A DNA stretch of 64,000 nt from Eledone cirrhosa. Taxonomy: Eukaryota. Below the pieces are notes generated by a model that was given only the letters and a program-made list of their open reading frames with translations, had not been told where the DNA came from and ran no database searches. Shown here one piece after another: positions 42,297-59,655 of this stretch; within the stretch, counting starts at the first letter, position 1, and the number at the start of each line of letters is the position of its first letter. The stretch is from the NCBI GenBank assembly GCA_964016885.1, contig OZ024752.1:10602001-10666000 (forward strand). The letters are read 5' to 3'. Both the position numbers and the translations under genes were made by a program.

Positions 42297-44688
42297 ATTC
42301 AAATACATTTATCAAATACATTTCAAATACAAATATCTTTTGCATTTGTATTTATATTTATATTTGGGGAGGGTCATATTGTTATAATATTGCCAGAAAT
42401 AACGTGGCACAACGCCACCAATTTTGCGGGAGGGGAAAGTCGATTAAATTAACCCCAGTGCGTGACTGGTGCGTTATTTTATCGACCTTGTAAGGAAGAA
42501 AGGCAAAGTTAACCTCGGCGGGCTTTGAACTCAGATCATAAAGGATCGTAACATTTTGCTGCAAAGCATGGTGACCGACCCTCTGCCGATACTGCTAATC
42601 CACCACCTTGTTAATAATAATAAATGAAAATAATAACTGTATTAATAAAAACAGCAACAGCAACATAAATAAACAGAAAAATGTAAGTGTTTTACTAACT
42701 GAAATAAAGAAATATATATAACGCGATTGCTTTTTCAGAGACTACTTAAAGAGAATAATTAATGGAACATTTTATTATATTTTATCGACAATTTATACAT
42801 ACAAGAAACGATATTCTTGAAAAATATGAGCTTTTGTTATGTATGTTTCATTGTATTTTCGATATGAAATATAAATTTGCATCGCTGATGGTACATAGTT
42901 AAGTTTATAGCCATATTCATCCAACCATTTACAGGCATTTTATCTATTGTTGAATTGTCATTCAATTTCCTTACTTAAAAATAGAATTTCTTTTACTACT
43001 AAAGAAATTAAACAGTTGTTGACGAAAACAAACAACGACACGATTCAATATTATTATATAAATTAATAATAGAAAGATATATATATTTTTTTGATATCAT
43101 AAATGGAGTTTTTAAAAACCATTAGTAACATATTTTTCTAAATTCACAATTATAAGAAGCCACAAATATCCCCAAACAAGCAGGAATAGTGAAAGTTCTA
43201 TTGAAAAATATATTCAAAGATTCTACTTCATGAAACCTGATAGTGACATTTATGGAGGAGAAAATTAAATTAATAAAAATTAATAAAGTATCTTAGGTAT
43301 TTGGAAGTGAGTCAGAGAATTAGCGTTAATGGGACAACACCGAGTAGTTTTAGTCTTACGGGGTCGATAAAATAAAGTACCAGTAATGTACTGGATAATT
43401 GCTGGCCTCGTGCCAAATGTAGAAACAATTATTTCTCCTCCAGGGCAGTATCGGTAGAAGGTCGGACGCCATTCTTTGACGCATAGAGTTACAGCCCTTT
43501 ATGATCTGAGTTCAAATCCCGCCGAGGTTAACTTTGCCTGTTATCCTTAGGAGTATGTTTTAGTCTTACGGGGTCGATAAAATAAAGTACCAGTAATACA
43601 CTGGGATAATTGCTGGTCTTGTGCCAAAAGTAGAAACACTTATTTATTCTACATTTCTCTTGAAGGGATAATATAATCAATATATGGGATTGATAGAGTG
43701 AACAGAAAGTATTTATAGTTTAAATGCGTTATGTTGAAAAATATCAAATGTCATCTTATCCATCATAATTTAAGAGTAAAGAAAGACATACCATGTAATA
43801 TGTTGGAAGGAGTATAACGATGAGTACTTTCATAGCCCTCAAGTTTAATGAGCAGGAGGGAGGAAGGTACCTTCGTGTGGAAACGTTACACGATCCCTTG
43901 CAACAGGATGAACTGAGCTAAATGCACCTGAGTCTCAAGATGTTGTCCAAAAATGGATGGTCGATTGCGTCTATGAGTTAAGTAAGTCACAATGTAATTT
44001 TAAATTAAAATGCAAACTTAGGGGACAGATACGTCCCTAAATGATGTTGTTGTGAAGGAGTAGTGAAAATCTCACCTTCCTGTCACTTTTTATTTCGGGC
44101 TCCGCAAAAAAGGAAGCAATATCAAATGGTGCATCATACCCACGGCATCGCGTTGCTGCTTTGGGGACCACTACTTCTCCCTTTGCCTCTGCGACAACGT
44201 GCACGAATTGCAGTATCTTTCAATGTGTTACAAAAAGAAAACAAACCTCACTTCAGAATGTCACCATGGAGACACAAAACCCCAATGTCAGGACCACTGA
44301 ACCGGATATGCTACAAATATGCACTCTTGTAGATGTGGAGAATGGATATTCCCTACCTTCAATCAAGCATAACAGGATTTCTTGAGTCAATTCGAAGCAT
44401 ATAGACCTGATAAATTACACTGCTTAAACTTACTACAACTAATTACCGACAATGGAGATACCAGAATTCTATATAAGTTGACAACTTAACGACCTCAGGA
44501 CACATTTTACAGACAACTAACTATTAATTCTGTTGGAGCAAGTGATTTAGCTCGACCAGCTGCGTTGTCGTTATCTCGTTTTAGAATAAAGGATATATTT
44601 GCAACTGCTTAAAAATGGCAGTTCACCAGATTCTCCATATCAAATTTCATTTAATTTGTTTAAGCGTTCACCAAATTTCTCTCTCTCT

Positions 44689-44739
<51 letters not shown>

Positions 44740-47700
44740 AGTGGAAGCTTAGTAAATGCGAAGCTTTGGCTGTGGCCAAGCAAAGTCGACCTACAATTAG
44801 GAATTTAGGAATGAGTAGCAAAGCACTCAATAAGGATAGGTCCTCAGAGTAATAGCACTACGTTTAGATAGCTTGACAAATTGAAAATTGCGGCAGGCGA
44901 AACCCAAGTATACAATACCAAAACAACGAAAGAATAATTAGGTTAACACAACATAACTGGACAGATCGAACGATATTCTGCAATACGTCCGATATGTTTC
45001 TATGAATTCGAAATCATCAATCCAACTTACGTAACACATAAGCATGTGGTATTCCATGATCGAACAGGGGACTCACTTCCTCGACAGGCATTTCGTTGTT
45101 TGCCTCAAACGGATGTGAACTGTAACTCAATGCGACCGCCGTAATAGACAGCCTTCAACCATTTCGTTATATGTATGTATTCAGTTTCTTAAGGCTAAAG
45201 AATGAGATGTCTTGCTCTGGAGCTTCCCCCGTGTATCACATATATGTGGTTTTATGTGAAGTTGCGACTCTGAGAGTGTTTATCCTTTAGTACGAATTGT
45301 AATCATTTAATCATTAATAAAATCATATAAGTGAGAGCATTTATAAGACTTGAGGCTGAATATATAAAATGTGATTAATGATAATGTACGATTGGTTCTA
45401 AAAGTAAATTGGAGAAGTATATTTCAATTATTGTTTAGAATCTACACATTTGCCTCAACAGTCATTTATGAAATCCAAAATTGAAATTATTATATTGGTT
45501 TCTGAGACAGATGCTTCGTAATGAATATCGGAGGCAATGAATAAAACATAATATTTCCCGCCATTTATCAAATGCGTTCCTTAAAAGTTCAGATATGATC
45601 CTGGTATTCACGGCGTCAGTTAATTGATTAACATCTCTATATATTTTATATTAATCAGGTCATATAGACTCGTTTACTACATTTCGTAAATATTAATTTC
45701 GTTTTAAATTTCCTTTTAATACTCAGAAATTTCATTCTCAACCATAACCCAATGTACATATATTTAACATTTTGCACCTGCCCGCTCTCATATGCGTGTA
45801 TGTATATGTGCTTGTGCCTGGATAGGGCCATGTATGTATGTGTGTATAACTACGTAATTTGGAAGTTGTACAAACAAACATCATTGCCGAGAATAAATTT
45901 TCAAATGTATTACAACATAACGTTCAGTTTTAAACTCGTTGAGAGTGCAAACTAATTAACCCTATATTGACGGACGCCATGCTTTGCAGCACAGTTACGT
46001 CCCTTTACGGACTGAGTTCAAATCCCGCCGAGATTAACTTTGACTTTCATCCTTACGGGGTCGATAAAATAAAGTACCAGTAATACATTGGGATAATTGC
46101 TGGCATTGTGCCAAAAGGTAGAAACAATTATTTAATAGATTCAGATAAATATTAGAAAAACCTGTTGCTAATACTTTAAATTTTGCAACCACAGACGGTG
46201 AATAAGAGAGAAGCGAGTTAGAGATAGAGAAAGCCCAATATCAAAATATTATATAATCATAAAAACTGCAAATACGCTAGTCTGCTCACCAGAGCATTCT
46301 TCGCTTGGAAAGTTAATCTATGTTTTAAAACGCAGCTTCTGTTATATCCTTTCCACATCTACCTCAGGACAGATTATACACCGTTCCTCAGTTGCTCGAT
46401 CTACTAGAAATAACAGTCTACTCCCCCACAAATTACAGTCTACTGCATAAGCATGTTAGACAATGTAAATCACAATACAGGGAAACTTGAATAAATATGT
46501 ATTTGACAACCTTCAATCAGACATTTTTTTCTTGGTTAATTTTGCCTTTCATCCTTATGGGGTCGATAAAATAAAGTACCAGTAATGTACTGGATAATTG
46601 CTGGCCTCGTGTCAATTGTAGAAACAATTATGTTCTATTCTTATTTACAAACAGATAGCAACAACACGGAAATTATTCTTCGCACACAAAAAAGGGTATA
46701 ACTCAATTTTCATATACTCGACATATTATGTTTGTTTTATGTCATAACATGTAGTTGAAATTGCAAAGGGAGTTCTATATGAAGTCAAGAACGTTTCAGT
46801 AAATATACTGAGGGTATGTAGGGAGTATCAAAGAAAATATACAAATCTTTACGTGTTTGTAAATCGAGATAATTCGACATGCATATTGATACAGGTCCAT
46901 TGATTTATTGATTTCTTTAGAGACTTCAATACATAGTGATTCAATCCAATAATTTATCTTTGAACATTTTTTTGTGGATGACAAACAGAATTTTCCCCGA
47001 GATAGAATTCTAGTTCTTTGCACTAATTTCTATTGAATCAGAAATCCCAGACGAGCATGTGTATTTGAAGGCAATAACGTGTGTCTATAACCGAGGAAAT
47101 CGATTGTGTGTGAGAGAGAAATCGAGAACTGAAGAGTGATTTGAAAAATAATACTGCAAGTGTTGAAAGAGATAATAGTATTAATAGAATAACCTCGAGC
47201 TAACGTCATAGCGTACAATAGCACCTTTTTATATAACAAGTTTAATAATTATAGAGGCAAACATACAGGAAAAGCTCTGCTCGCTTGTGCTTACGTCGAA
47301 TTATATGCTGCTTTTTTTTCTCTTCAGAGCAATTATAAAATTACAGCACACTGCCCAGATTCTTTTTCATCTCTATTCAGACTAATTTCACGATAACAGT
47401 AACTATTCAGAATTACGGAAATGGAACGATTTGCATTATATTGAAAGCTATCCTTTTGGCAAGAGCAGCTGAACGTTTGGCAAATCATACGTTTAAATCT
47501 ATGTGGTTTTTCTTGGCTGCAAACAATCCAACTTGGTATGGAGATCAGACAAAGAATAATGGAACATGATCAATATACGTATAAGAAATACAAAATTATT
47601 AAAAATGTGTTTCCTTCCCCGACAGATAACATGTGACATGGCTATTCGTAGATGATTGGTGAATTGCCTGAAAGTCGAATTAAAGCCAATTGATTCTCTG

Positions 47701-48455
47701 AGCACAGCCTAGCAATTTCTCCTTCTCCGATCATTCCATTGTGTAGCTCTTACAACAATATATATATATATCCTAACTGTATTTAAGATACTCTTCATTC
47801 AAAACCAAATACCAGTTACAGTATATGCGAGTTATTTATGTGTGAGGAGATAAACAATAAGACTTTGAACAATATTCTTTGCACAATTATGTTTTGCGGG
47901 TAAAATATACAAATATATACATTCTTTGTGTTTTTTTCTCCTGTAAAAATCAATATTTCTGGGTAGTTATTGAATAACGAAATTCTAAAGCAGATAAACA
48001 TTACTGGTACGGAACAAAACATCAGTTGTTTGTTTAATTTGAAGATAAATATCATTTCAGAATACATGGGTTATAAGAGTCAAGATACTGGTTATTAGAA
48101 TCTATCACTTAATTTATCCGTCAAATCTTTTTATCCTGTTGCTTTTAATTGCAAATGATTTGTTCAAATGCTCAAAAGTAATCTGGTGCCAGCAATCTTC
48201 TGCTATGATTAACAGGAAGACAGCAACATCTGCTTGTATAGATGATCGATTGTGATTGTTAGGATTCTTCAACTGGAAGGCTTACGACATATCTGAACCA
48301 GCAGAGCTTTTGCTAATCTATATAAATAAGATAGTTGGCAAAACGAAATGTGTTAGATTATTATTTAATGAAGATACATAAAGCGCTGGCGTGCTTATAT
48401 ATATATATATATATATATATAAGCACGCCAGCGCTTATATATATAATATATATAA

Positions 48456-48492
48456 ACCTTGAGAAGCCCAACTGGGCGAAACGTACGTAGGT
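48456..48492 (+). ncRNA. Minimal hammerhead, U3-A8 variant
   Basis: acc-TTGAGAA-gccc aact gggc-GAAA-cgtac-GTA-ggt; palindromic stem III acgtacgt. Confidence 0.8.
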
Positions 48493-48709
48493 GATATTTT
48501 AAATAAACATGTTTTAACGGTCTATTCTCCGATTTCTTACTTTCCCACGTGCTTACGCTCTGCTAACTCTCTAGCCCACTAAATATTAACACTTCGAATA
48601 TTTAATACTGCTGGCACTAGTATCGAGCATCTTTGGCATACGCTACTTGGCAAATAACTATATGTATCACCTATCCTCCCCTTTTTTTCTCTCTCTCGAT
48701 ACGTAAATA

Positions 48710-48762
<53 letters not shown>

Positions 48763-48770
<8 letters not shown>

Positions 48771-48945
48771 TAGAAAATATATAGCTTTCACCGTATTTTT
48801 AACTAAAGGAATTTTAGCTTGATAACGGGGTTTAGAACCCTCAGATAGATGGAAAAAGATGAGTATCGACGTATGTACGTTAATACTCATCTTTTTAGTT
48901 AAAAATACGGTGAAAGCTATATATTTTCTAATTTCAAACTCGCTC
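48763..48945. repeat. Nested inverted repeat between (TA)n tracts
   Basis: ~45-bp outer arms (tgaaattagaaaatatatagctttcaccgtatttttaactaaa) plus an inner aaaaagatgagtat/atactcatcttttt hairpin. Confidence 0.8.
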
Positions 48946-48963
48946 CCTGTTTCAAAACATACT

Positions 48964-49053
<90 letters not shown>

Positions 49054-51062
49054 CGAAGTAAGTGTGGTAAGGAACTAGGTGGACCATAACGCACCAGAAT
49101 ACTCAATACTTTGGGTAGTAGAGTGGGTAATAGGAAAATGTTCAAGATCGCGACGGCAGCTTAAGCCGTTGAACCTACGATCATAATCTCATAGGTTCGA
49201 TTCTGGGAGTGATGTGTTCGCTGTGTTCTTGAGCAAAACACATTTCACGTTGCTCTAGTACCCTCACCTAAATACGAGTACAAGCAGGTGGAAAATCTTC
49301 AGACCCACAGTCACTTAACGATACAGTAACCGGGATGAGAACTGGCTTCATGAGACTCCAGCCTTGTGTTATACTTTAGACTTAGATATATTTTCATGGT
49401 TACTATATGTGTTTCTTATATAAAATATGTCTCCATATATATTCCAAGACATATACATAAGTTTATAATTGTTTCTACATTTGGCACAAGGCTAGGAATC
49501 AACCAGTACATTACTGGTACTTTATTTTATCGACCCCGTAATGATGAAAGGCACAGTTTGCCTCGGCGGGATTTGAACTCAGAATGGCAAAGGCCGTAAC
49601 TCTATGCGTCAAAGCATGGCGTCCGACCCTGATTATAAATACCATGACTATAAATATTTCATACACTTGCATTTACATATTGGTCTCATCATTCTTTCTT
49701 TTTCTTCCCTTGTGTGTAGCAGCACGTGGTTGTTTGTGTTGCTGCTGACTCTAGCAGATCCCAAGAAAACACGTCTTGCACTGATTGCTAAGAAGAGGTG
49801 TGTGTGAATATATGTACACACTATCGTCTAGTATGCACGCTTATTTTACTCGAGCATACAGGCTCAAATATAAAATTGTTGTAATTGGGAAGGAAGATTG
49901 TTTCCAGTCGAGATGAATGCAAATTTGTTTCACCAGTTTGATAAGACGATGATATTTCATATTCACAACATTAAGACATTCGGTTCAATAGGGATCGAAG
50001 AGGACAAAAATTCCGTTGAATGTAGATTCTATTTCATTTGTTATATTTAGTATTATTATTGTCTCAACCGATGACGGTGGATTGGCAGAATCGGAAGAGC
50101 GTCGGGCACCCTGCTCCGCGACATAATATTACAGCCCTTTACATTCTGAGCTCAAATGCCGCTGAGGTTAGCTTTGCTTTCATCTTAACAGTGTCGCAAA
50201 AATAAAGTACCAGTGACGCGCTGGGGTCGATTTAATCGACTTTTTCCTCCCCCAAATTACTGGACTTGTGCCTATACTAGAAATCATTATTGTCTCAATC
50301 AATGGCTGTGAAATGTCAGAGTCGGAAGAGCGTCTAGTCGGGCGCTGGGGTCAATTTAATCGGCCTTTCCCTGCCCCCAAATTGCTGGCCTTTTGCCTAT
50401 AGGAGAAATCATTGGATTGGCAATACCGGTAGAGATTCGGAAGCCATGCTTTGCAGCATCTAGTTACGGGCCTTTATGGTCAGAGTTCAAATACTGCCGA
50501 GTTTCAATTTGCCTTTCATCCTCACGGGGTCGATAAAATAAAATACCAGTAATACACTGAGGTAATTGCTGGCCTTGTGCCAAAACTAGTAACAAATATT
50601 ATTACCTCAATCATACATTATTTCTATTTCGATGTAAAAATAAACAAATAATGTATTATATATGTTGATGTTGTTGTCTGGTCTCAATGCTGTTATTATT
50701 TTGTTTTTAATAATATAACAACGATTTCTCGTAGTTGGCGCAAAAACAGAGACTTCAATAAAAAAAAAGCAGACGATATTATGTACCGATCAAATATGTG
50801 AATTTGTATACCCAGTAAACAACAGATTATATGTTCTTAAGATGTCAGGTCTTAATCAGCAGCAAGTAAACAACAGAAATAATAATTTGGATATTTATAT
50901 ACATTGTAGCAGTGCCAACATTACTATATTGGTAGTAAATACAGATTGTAGAGACATCCATAGCATATGGTGTTTGAAAATATCAAGCTAACAATATTAT
51001 TGGAATATGACTGTCAAAAAATAGGAAGAACAAATACTGGCTCTATCATTAATTAATAAAGA

Positions 51063-51247
51063 CGGTGGATTGGCAGTATCGGTAGAGGGTCGGACGCCAT
51101 GCTTTGCAGCAAAGAGTTACGGTCCTTTATAGTCTGAGTTCAAATCCCGCCGTGGTTAACTTTGCCTTTCATTCTTACGTGCTCGATAAAATAAAGTACC
51201 AGTAATACACTGGCATAATTGCTGGCCTTGTGCCAGAAGTAGAAACA
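51063..51247 (+). mobile_element. Full-length SINE family 1 with 15-bp TSD
   Basis: attaattaataaaga at 51048-51062 and 51248-51262. Confidence 0.9.
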
Positions 51248-51989
51248 ATTAATTAATAAAGAGAAAATAATATGACTGCTATGAACATTGACAGTGCAAG
51301 ACGAATACAGTAAACCATCGGGATTCGCGGTAGCGGTTATTCGCCCAATTTTCCTTAGAAATTAACTAATAATTGTTCGAAGAAACCACAGGATATTCAC
51401 GAAATCGTAAATATTTTCCGGGGTGTTTTAATGGCTTTTCGTGGCAATATATATTTGTTCACACCTTTTAACGCTAAGTTGCTAATAACAATATACCGTA
51501 TTTTCAGTTCTATATTTTACGTTATGTTTTGACGTTTATAAGCATTTCTATGGACCACGTACAATATTCGCGTTTTTTCACTCTTCGCGGGTGCTCTTGG
51601 AACGTAGCCTCCGCAAATATCGGGGAACAACTGTATATAAAAACCACGCCGTTTTTATTTGTTATACATGGTAAGTCAGAGAGAGAAAAGCATTCGGTTT
51701 CGGGTTTGTCTTGTACTTGCGGCTGAGAGGATTGTTGTCATAAGATAAATATGTTTATCTCAGCTTGATTTCTCGATGTGTAGGTCAGTGAAGGCAGCAC
51801 CAGGTGGTTATCGATATAGATATATAATTCATTTGGATGTATTGATGGTGATATTTCCGATTGCTACCGGTGTTGATAATCTGATGAACATTAGCCATCA
51901 GCGGCCTGTTGGGGAGTGGCATTCAGCTACATAGAAAATAAACTAAGCAGAAGGATTGGAGTAAATAACTTTCGTGATCCTAACTAGAT

Positions 51990-53130
51990 TATGACGAAGT
52001 ACTTAAATGCAGGAAATCTGATGCAGGAGACACTTGACGGAATATGCCGAGGACCCCTGCTTGGTGGGGTCGAGCACGATACACATGGAGGTGATCAGTA
52101 CTGCTTTAGGAGAATGCGTCGTGCTGAAGGAAATATCGGAGCACTTGTGACTCGCAAATGGAGAAGCAAATTCATGCATTCATCAACAATTTTGAACGAT
52201 TGACTAACCGGGTAAATTGCCTAAGGACTATTTTGATCCAAATTTCCAAATTAAACAAACACAGGGAGTAGCTACATGGCACGTTACCCACACTCAACCC
52301 GAAATGAGCTGAGAAGGAGTAATATCTGAAAGGTCGGATGGAGGTGTTGAATGCGTACATCACCTACATCATTTATTACCACCTGATATTTGCACCTTAC
52401 TCCTCTCCACACGTCTAACTACATTGCCTACCCATATCAATGTTGTTGTAGAGCGACGTTCTTATTGTTAGGTGTCCTATCTGCTGTCAACAACCACTAT
52501 GTGTACGACTGGGTAATTCTTGGCTGATTATGCAAATATATGCATTCTTACTACGATATATCTAACACTTCGTAGACGATGTGCAAGAATGTTCAATGAT
52601 CTCCAAAGCCGTATTACTATGCTCAACTCCTTGACGACTGAGTCTAACAAAGCCCAAGAAGAGAACAATTAGAAACTAGAATGTCTTCAAATGCACATAA
52701 CCCTCTACTAATACGACAGTTCGATCGGTCGATCGATAATCCATCTTGGCTTGACAGGACGGACAGTGTGTTGACTTTTGCATGGATACCATGGGGAAAG
52801 CGGTCTTGTGGTGGACGTGGTTAACAGGGTTGAAGATAAACCCCTGCCTTTTCGCCGAAGCCCTGATTGACTTTTCTAAGTTTCATTTGATTCTTAAAGG
52901 TATGATGGACATGGAAGTGCTGCTTTTCGAGACAATTTTTTTAAAGATAGGTGAGGGTGGCATGCATGATCCGTGAGGACATACCTCCACAAATTACCCA
53001 CATGCAGCCTGGAAGAAAGCTACTAGGACGGATCACTTACACTTGCGGGTATCCTGAATGTGACTTTCCGGAGTGTCTTTACATGAGTGATCTCCAGACA
53101 TCACAAAACTTGAAGAATTTTTCATTTATT
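51990..53130 (+). pseudogene. Highly decayed Helitron Rep/helicase relic
   Basis: AGNLMQE (cf. GRLFQQY), TLNPK* (cf. TCNPxW) and FLKIGEG, in roughly the expected order; many stops. Confidence 0.4.
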
Positions 53131-54148
53131 CTCTAATTTCTTTTACATAATCGTTCCCCTTTGTCACAAACGTTTTTACAGGCAATGGCCCACTTTTTAT
53201 CGTCCGCTACAGTTGTGTTTTATCTTTAATATTTTTTCCAAGATGAACACCTTGTTTGGCTAAAATAGAAAACATTTCTTTACTTATTCCATCTGCTCTG
53301 CTATTAATTTTGTTTTCGACATAACCGCGTAGAAGTTTTTGGTTACAAACAGGTGTGTTGTGTCTCATTAATCTTCTCATATATTTAGCTAATCCTACAA
53401 AATGTATGTCTAGTAGCCTAGGTATATGTTCAAAAATTGTGATTGTATAGCTGACTTTAACTTATTTTATCATTCCAAAAGCATCCATTATAATGAAGAT
53501 AAATATTTGTTCTATGCTCAACCAATGCTCTAATATTATTGTTAGTTTTGCGGCCTTATGATATACGTTCATAACAATAACTTTCAACATATATACGGCA
53601 GAGATTTCATTTTCACATATGTAAAGCATTCAGCACAGTGAAATATTTTCTCATATTTCTTTTAAAATGAAGTTCCTACACATTATGTTCCTAACACTTC
53701 TCTACACATTATGTAACGAAAGAAAAGGACGAGATAAATACACCCTAAAGGAATATTACGATAAGATTTATGGACGTAAAGTAAAACGTAATAGCCTTAC
53801 GTATGAAGTATAAATCTAGATGTTATGCTTATATGTGTGATCAGGAAAACAAGAAGGATTTTCTGTTTTTTTGTTTTTTTTTTACATTTTACCACTTATT
53901 TGTTGACGTTAGCAGTAATTTTGCTAGAAAGGACCTGTCAGCTATCGATAATGGGAATTTACATTTCAAACATTACTCCACTGACGGAATAACGAACATG
54001 TATATATACATATTTATATAAATATGTATATATATATATATAAGCAAAAGGGATATTTTATAACTGATTCAGAGCACTAGACTACTTTTATGGAGTATGA
54101 TATTAAATGATATTAAATAAATGGAAACTATATTTATAAAACCATATT

Positions 54149-54210
54149 TATTCTATTATATATATATTTCAACGGTACCAACATTTTGGTACGCTCTCAT
54201 CAGATATATA
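54149..54210 (-). ncRNA. Hammerhead with (AT)n stem III (family of 23897)
   Basis: Minus strand tat-CTGATGA-gagcgtacca...tggtaccgtt-GAAA-tatatataTA-atagaata. Confidence 0.7.
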
Positions 54211-54214
54211 TATA

Positions 54215-54285
<71 letters not shown>

Positions 54286-54404
54286 TTATATATATATATA
54301 TATGTGTGTGTTTATATATATATATATACCCGAGAGCTTCCAACAGAAGTGGTGGCATTCTTTAAGGGTATGTCAATATTTATTTATAAAACTGATCTAT
54401 ATTA

Positions 54405-54469
54405 TATTTTATCTGATGAAAACACACCATAATTTAACTTGATGTCCTTGAAATATGTATAATGAAATA
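54405..54469 (+). ncRNA. Diverged hammerhead (family of 23897)
   Basis: tattttat-CTGATGA...GAAA-tatgtaTA-atgaaata; stem II eroded. Confidence 0.55.
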
Positions 54470-54598
54470 AATATGGTTTTATAAATATAGTTTCCATTTG
54501 TTAATATATCGTATATTTACTCCAATAATTTGTTGAGTGCTTTATATCAGTTATAAAAATATTTGCTTGCTGTATCCCAACAATTTAAATAGAACTTC

Positions 54599-54664
<66 letters not shown>

Positions 54665-54784
54665 TATATATACATATACATACATTTATATATATATATT
54701 CATATATCTATATGTGTATGTGTGTATATATATATATTATGTGCGTCTGTATGTGTGTATATATACATATATATATATATAGAT

Positions 54785-54826
<42 letters not shown>

Positions 54827-55064
54827 TTCGTTTCTGAATTTGTTTAGCAACTTACAATTAAGGACAGAATGAAAACACACACGCACATAGAACAAACAAC
54901 CAACCAGTAACATGTAAATAGTAAAAAATAAATAAACGAATATAAACACACACAGACACACGGATGTGGCGCATGCGCAGACTGAGCACACAACACACAC
55001 AGAGAAACAAGATGGCGTAGGACAGAACAAAGGAGAGACATACAAACAAAGAAAGGAATCACCA

Positions 55065-55107
55065 GTCATTGAAGAGGTCACAGAATGTGTGACGAAAGAA
55101 CTTTGAC
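55065..55107 (+). ncRNA. Diverged minimal hammerhead (family C)
   Basis: gtca-TTGAAGA-ggtcaca gaatg tgtgac-GAAA-gaac-TT-tgac. Confidence 0.55.
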
Positions 55108-55247
55108 AATATATAAACAACCATCTGGTTGTGGAACCAACCAACCGGAAATTTATAAATTTATTATAATTAATTGAAGTAAAAGCAACTGGTGCGTGTG
55201 TTCCTTATTGGCAACATGACCATCCCAAAGTATAACAATATATATAC

Positions 55248-55334
<87 letters not shown>

Positions 55335-55389
55335 CAGCATATAGATATGTATATATATATATATATGTATATATGTATATATATATATA

Positions 55390-57870
<2,481 letters not shown>

Positions 57871-57876
<6 letters not shown>

Positions 57877-58365
57877 TAAAATAACAGATTAAAGTTTAAG
57901 CAAAGAATCGCTGCTTTCACCCTTAACGGGATCTTCTGAAACTAACAAAGTCAATCTGTAAACGCAGAACTGGATATTTCAAAAAACGTTGCAACCGGAG
58001 GAAGACAGGAAGACGATACTTTGGTTCGTGGAAACGTTCGCTGGCTAAGAACGGGAAAAAATGAATAATACGCCATTAATAGGAGCGGTGAAAAACAATT
58101 AGCCAGCGAACGTATCCACGAACCAAAGTATCGTCTTCCTATCTTCCTCCGGTTGCAACGTTTTTTGAAATATCCAGTTCTGCGTTTACAGATTGACTTT
58201 GTTAGTTTCAGAAGATCCCGTTAAGGGTGAAAGCAGCGATTCTTTGCTTAAACTTTAATCTGTTATTTTAATAAATATTTGCTCTGCGGTTCTTATATAT
58301 TTGATATATATTTTCCTTATCGAGCCCTCTTTGGATTTTAGTCTTCAATTTTATTATTATTACTA
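57871..58365 (+). mobile_element. Fold-back element with ~178-bp near-perfect arms, each carrying a U4A hammerhead
   Basis: 57871-58048 is the reverse complement of 58099-58278; agttt-CAGAAGA-tcccgttaagggt-GAAA-gca...tgc-TT-aaact at 58204-58254(+) and 57893-57943(-). Confidence 0.8.
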
Positions 58366-59284
58366 TATATATATATATACTTTTGCTGATGCTTGACAAA
58401 TCTGGAGACGGAAAACTTATTTTTGTTCTCATAATGAAGACGGTATATGCAGATAGTAACTAACAATTATATCTTAGTTTTCGATTAGATATTCTCAACC
58501 ACGAAAAAATGTATGTTGTCCTTAGAATAAGAATAAAATGTTCATCGATGTATTAACCAGACATGATTCTCATAATTTTGTCACGGTTCATTAGGCCTAC
58601 GTTTAACATGCCACAAGATGAGTATATACCTTGAAAACGTTAAACGAATTACAAAATTTGTTTCTATGTCATGACGTGATTAAATTACACAGATTTTGTG
58701 GAGCTAGTATCATTAATAAGAAGGAATAGATTACCAACAAGAGTCTTAAAGTAAATTCTGCATCCTCTTTTCATTCATGTTATTAATCATCAATTTCATA
58801 TATTGTAATGCCTACTTTCGCAGGCAAACGTGTGCTATTATCTGGTGAATGTATCTTACACGTGCCTATATATTAGTTTACGAAGCTTACAGTAAATATC
58901 GGTTTGTATGTATGTAATTTTGTATGTATGTGTTTATGTATATATGTATATATCCATGTATGTAAATCGTTCATACATATATATTTTATTTTTATTGTTT
59001 CTATGTATATAGTAACAATAATACATACAAAGGCCAATATCCAGTGAGGTCACAACTAATTTTTACAGCTGAAAAAACTGGAGCAAGGTGAAATAAAGTG
59101 TCTTGCTCAAGAATACAACGCAAAGCACGGTCCGAGAATCGAACTCACAACCTCACAATTGTAAGCCCGACGCTCTATCTACTAAGCCATGCGCTTTATC
59201 TATAAAAATATATATAAACCTGTAATTCCGTCGGGCCTCTTGGCGTTTCGGCAGTCGAGGCCTGTTGTCTCTATGCATGAGCGG

Positions 59285-59655
59285 TAACACGAAGAATCTG
59301 GTGTATCTGGAAGATTGTGTACATTTTCGTTTGTTAAACGCACACATCACGGTGTCACCTTATACTGTAAACCAGATAACGCATATAATATAGTCGTTTT
59401 CTCTTCTACAGATCTTCTTTTTTCATCTGAGAATGGGTTTTAACTAATGAAGAGTTATATGTTGGTAGTTCGCGAGTAGGAACACTTAGAAATCTTTACA
59501 TACTCCGCACTAACAGTAAAACGAAGAATCTGGTGCATTTGGAAGATTTTTTTCTATTTTTTTGTTTTGTCACACACACTACGGTCTCGCATTATCCTGT
59601 AAACCAGACAAACACCCAATATAGTCGTTTTCTCTGCTACAGATTGTCTTTTATC
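59285..59655. repeat. Diverged ~140-bp direct repeat, 233 bp apart
   Basis: acgaagaatctggtg...ctgtaaaccaga...aatatagtcgttttctct occurs twice. Confidence 0.75.

Noticed and set aside
46796-48350. Run of short minus-strand ORFs suggesting a decayed gene or exons
   Set aside because: Stops in all frames checked and no motif I recognise; needs BLASTX
48781-48925. TTGATAA...GAAAgcTA as a hammerhead
   Set aside because: No stem I pairing found; reported only as an inverted repeat
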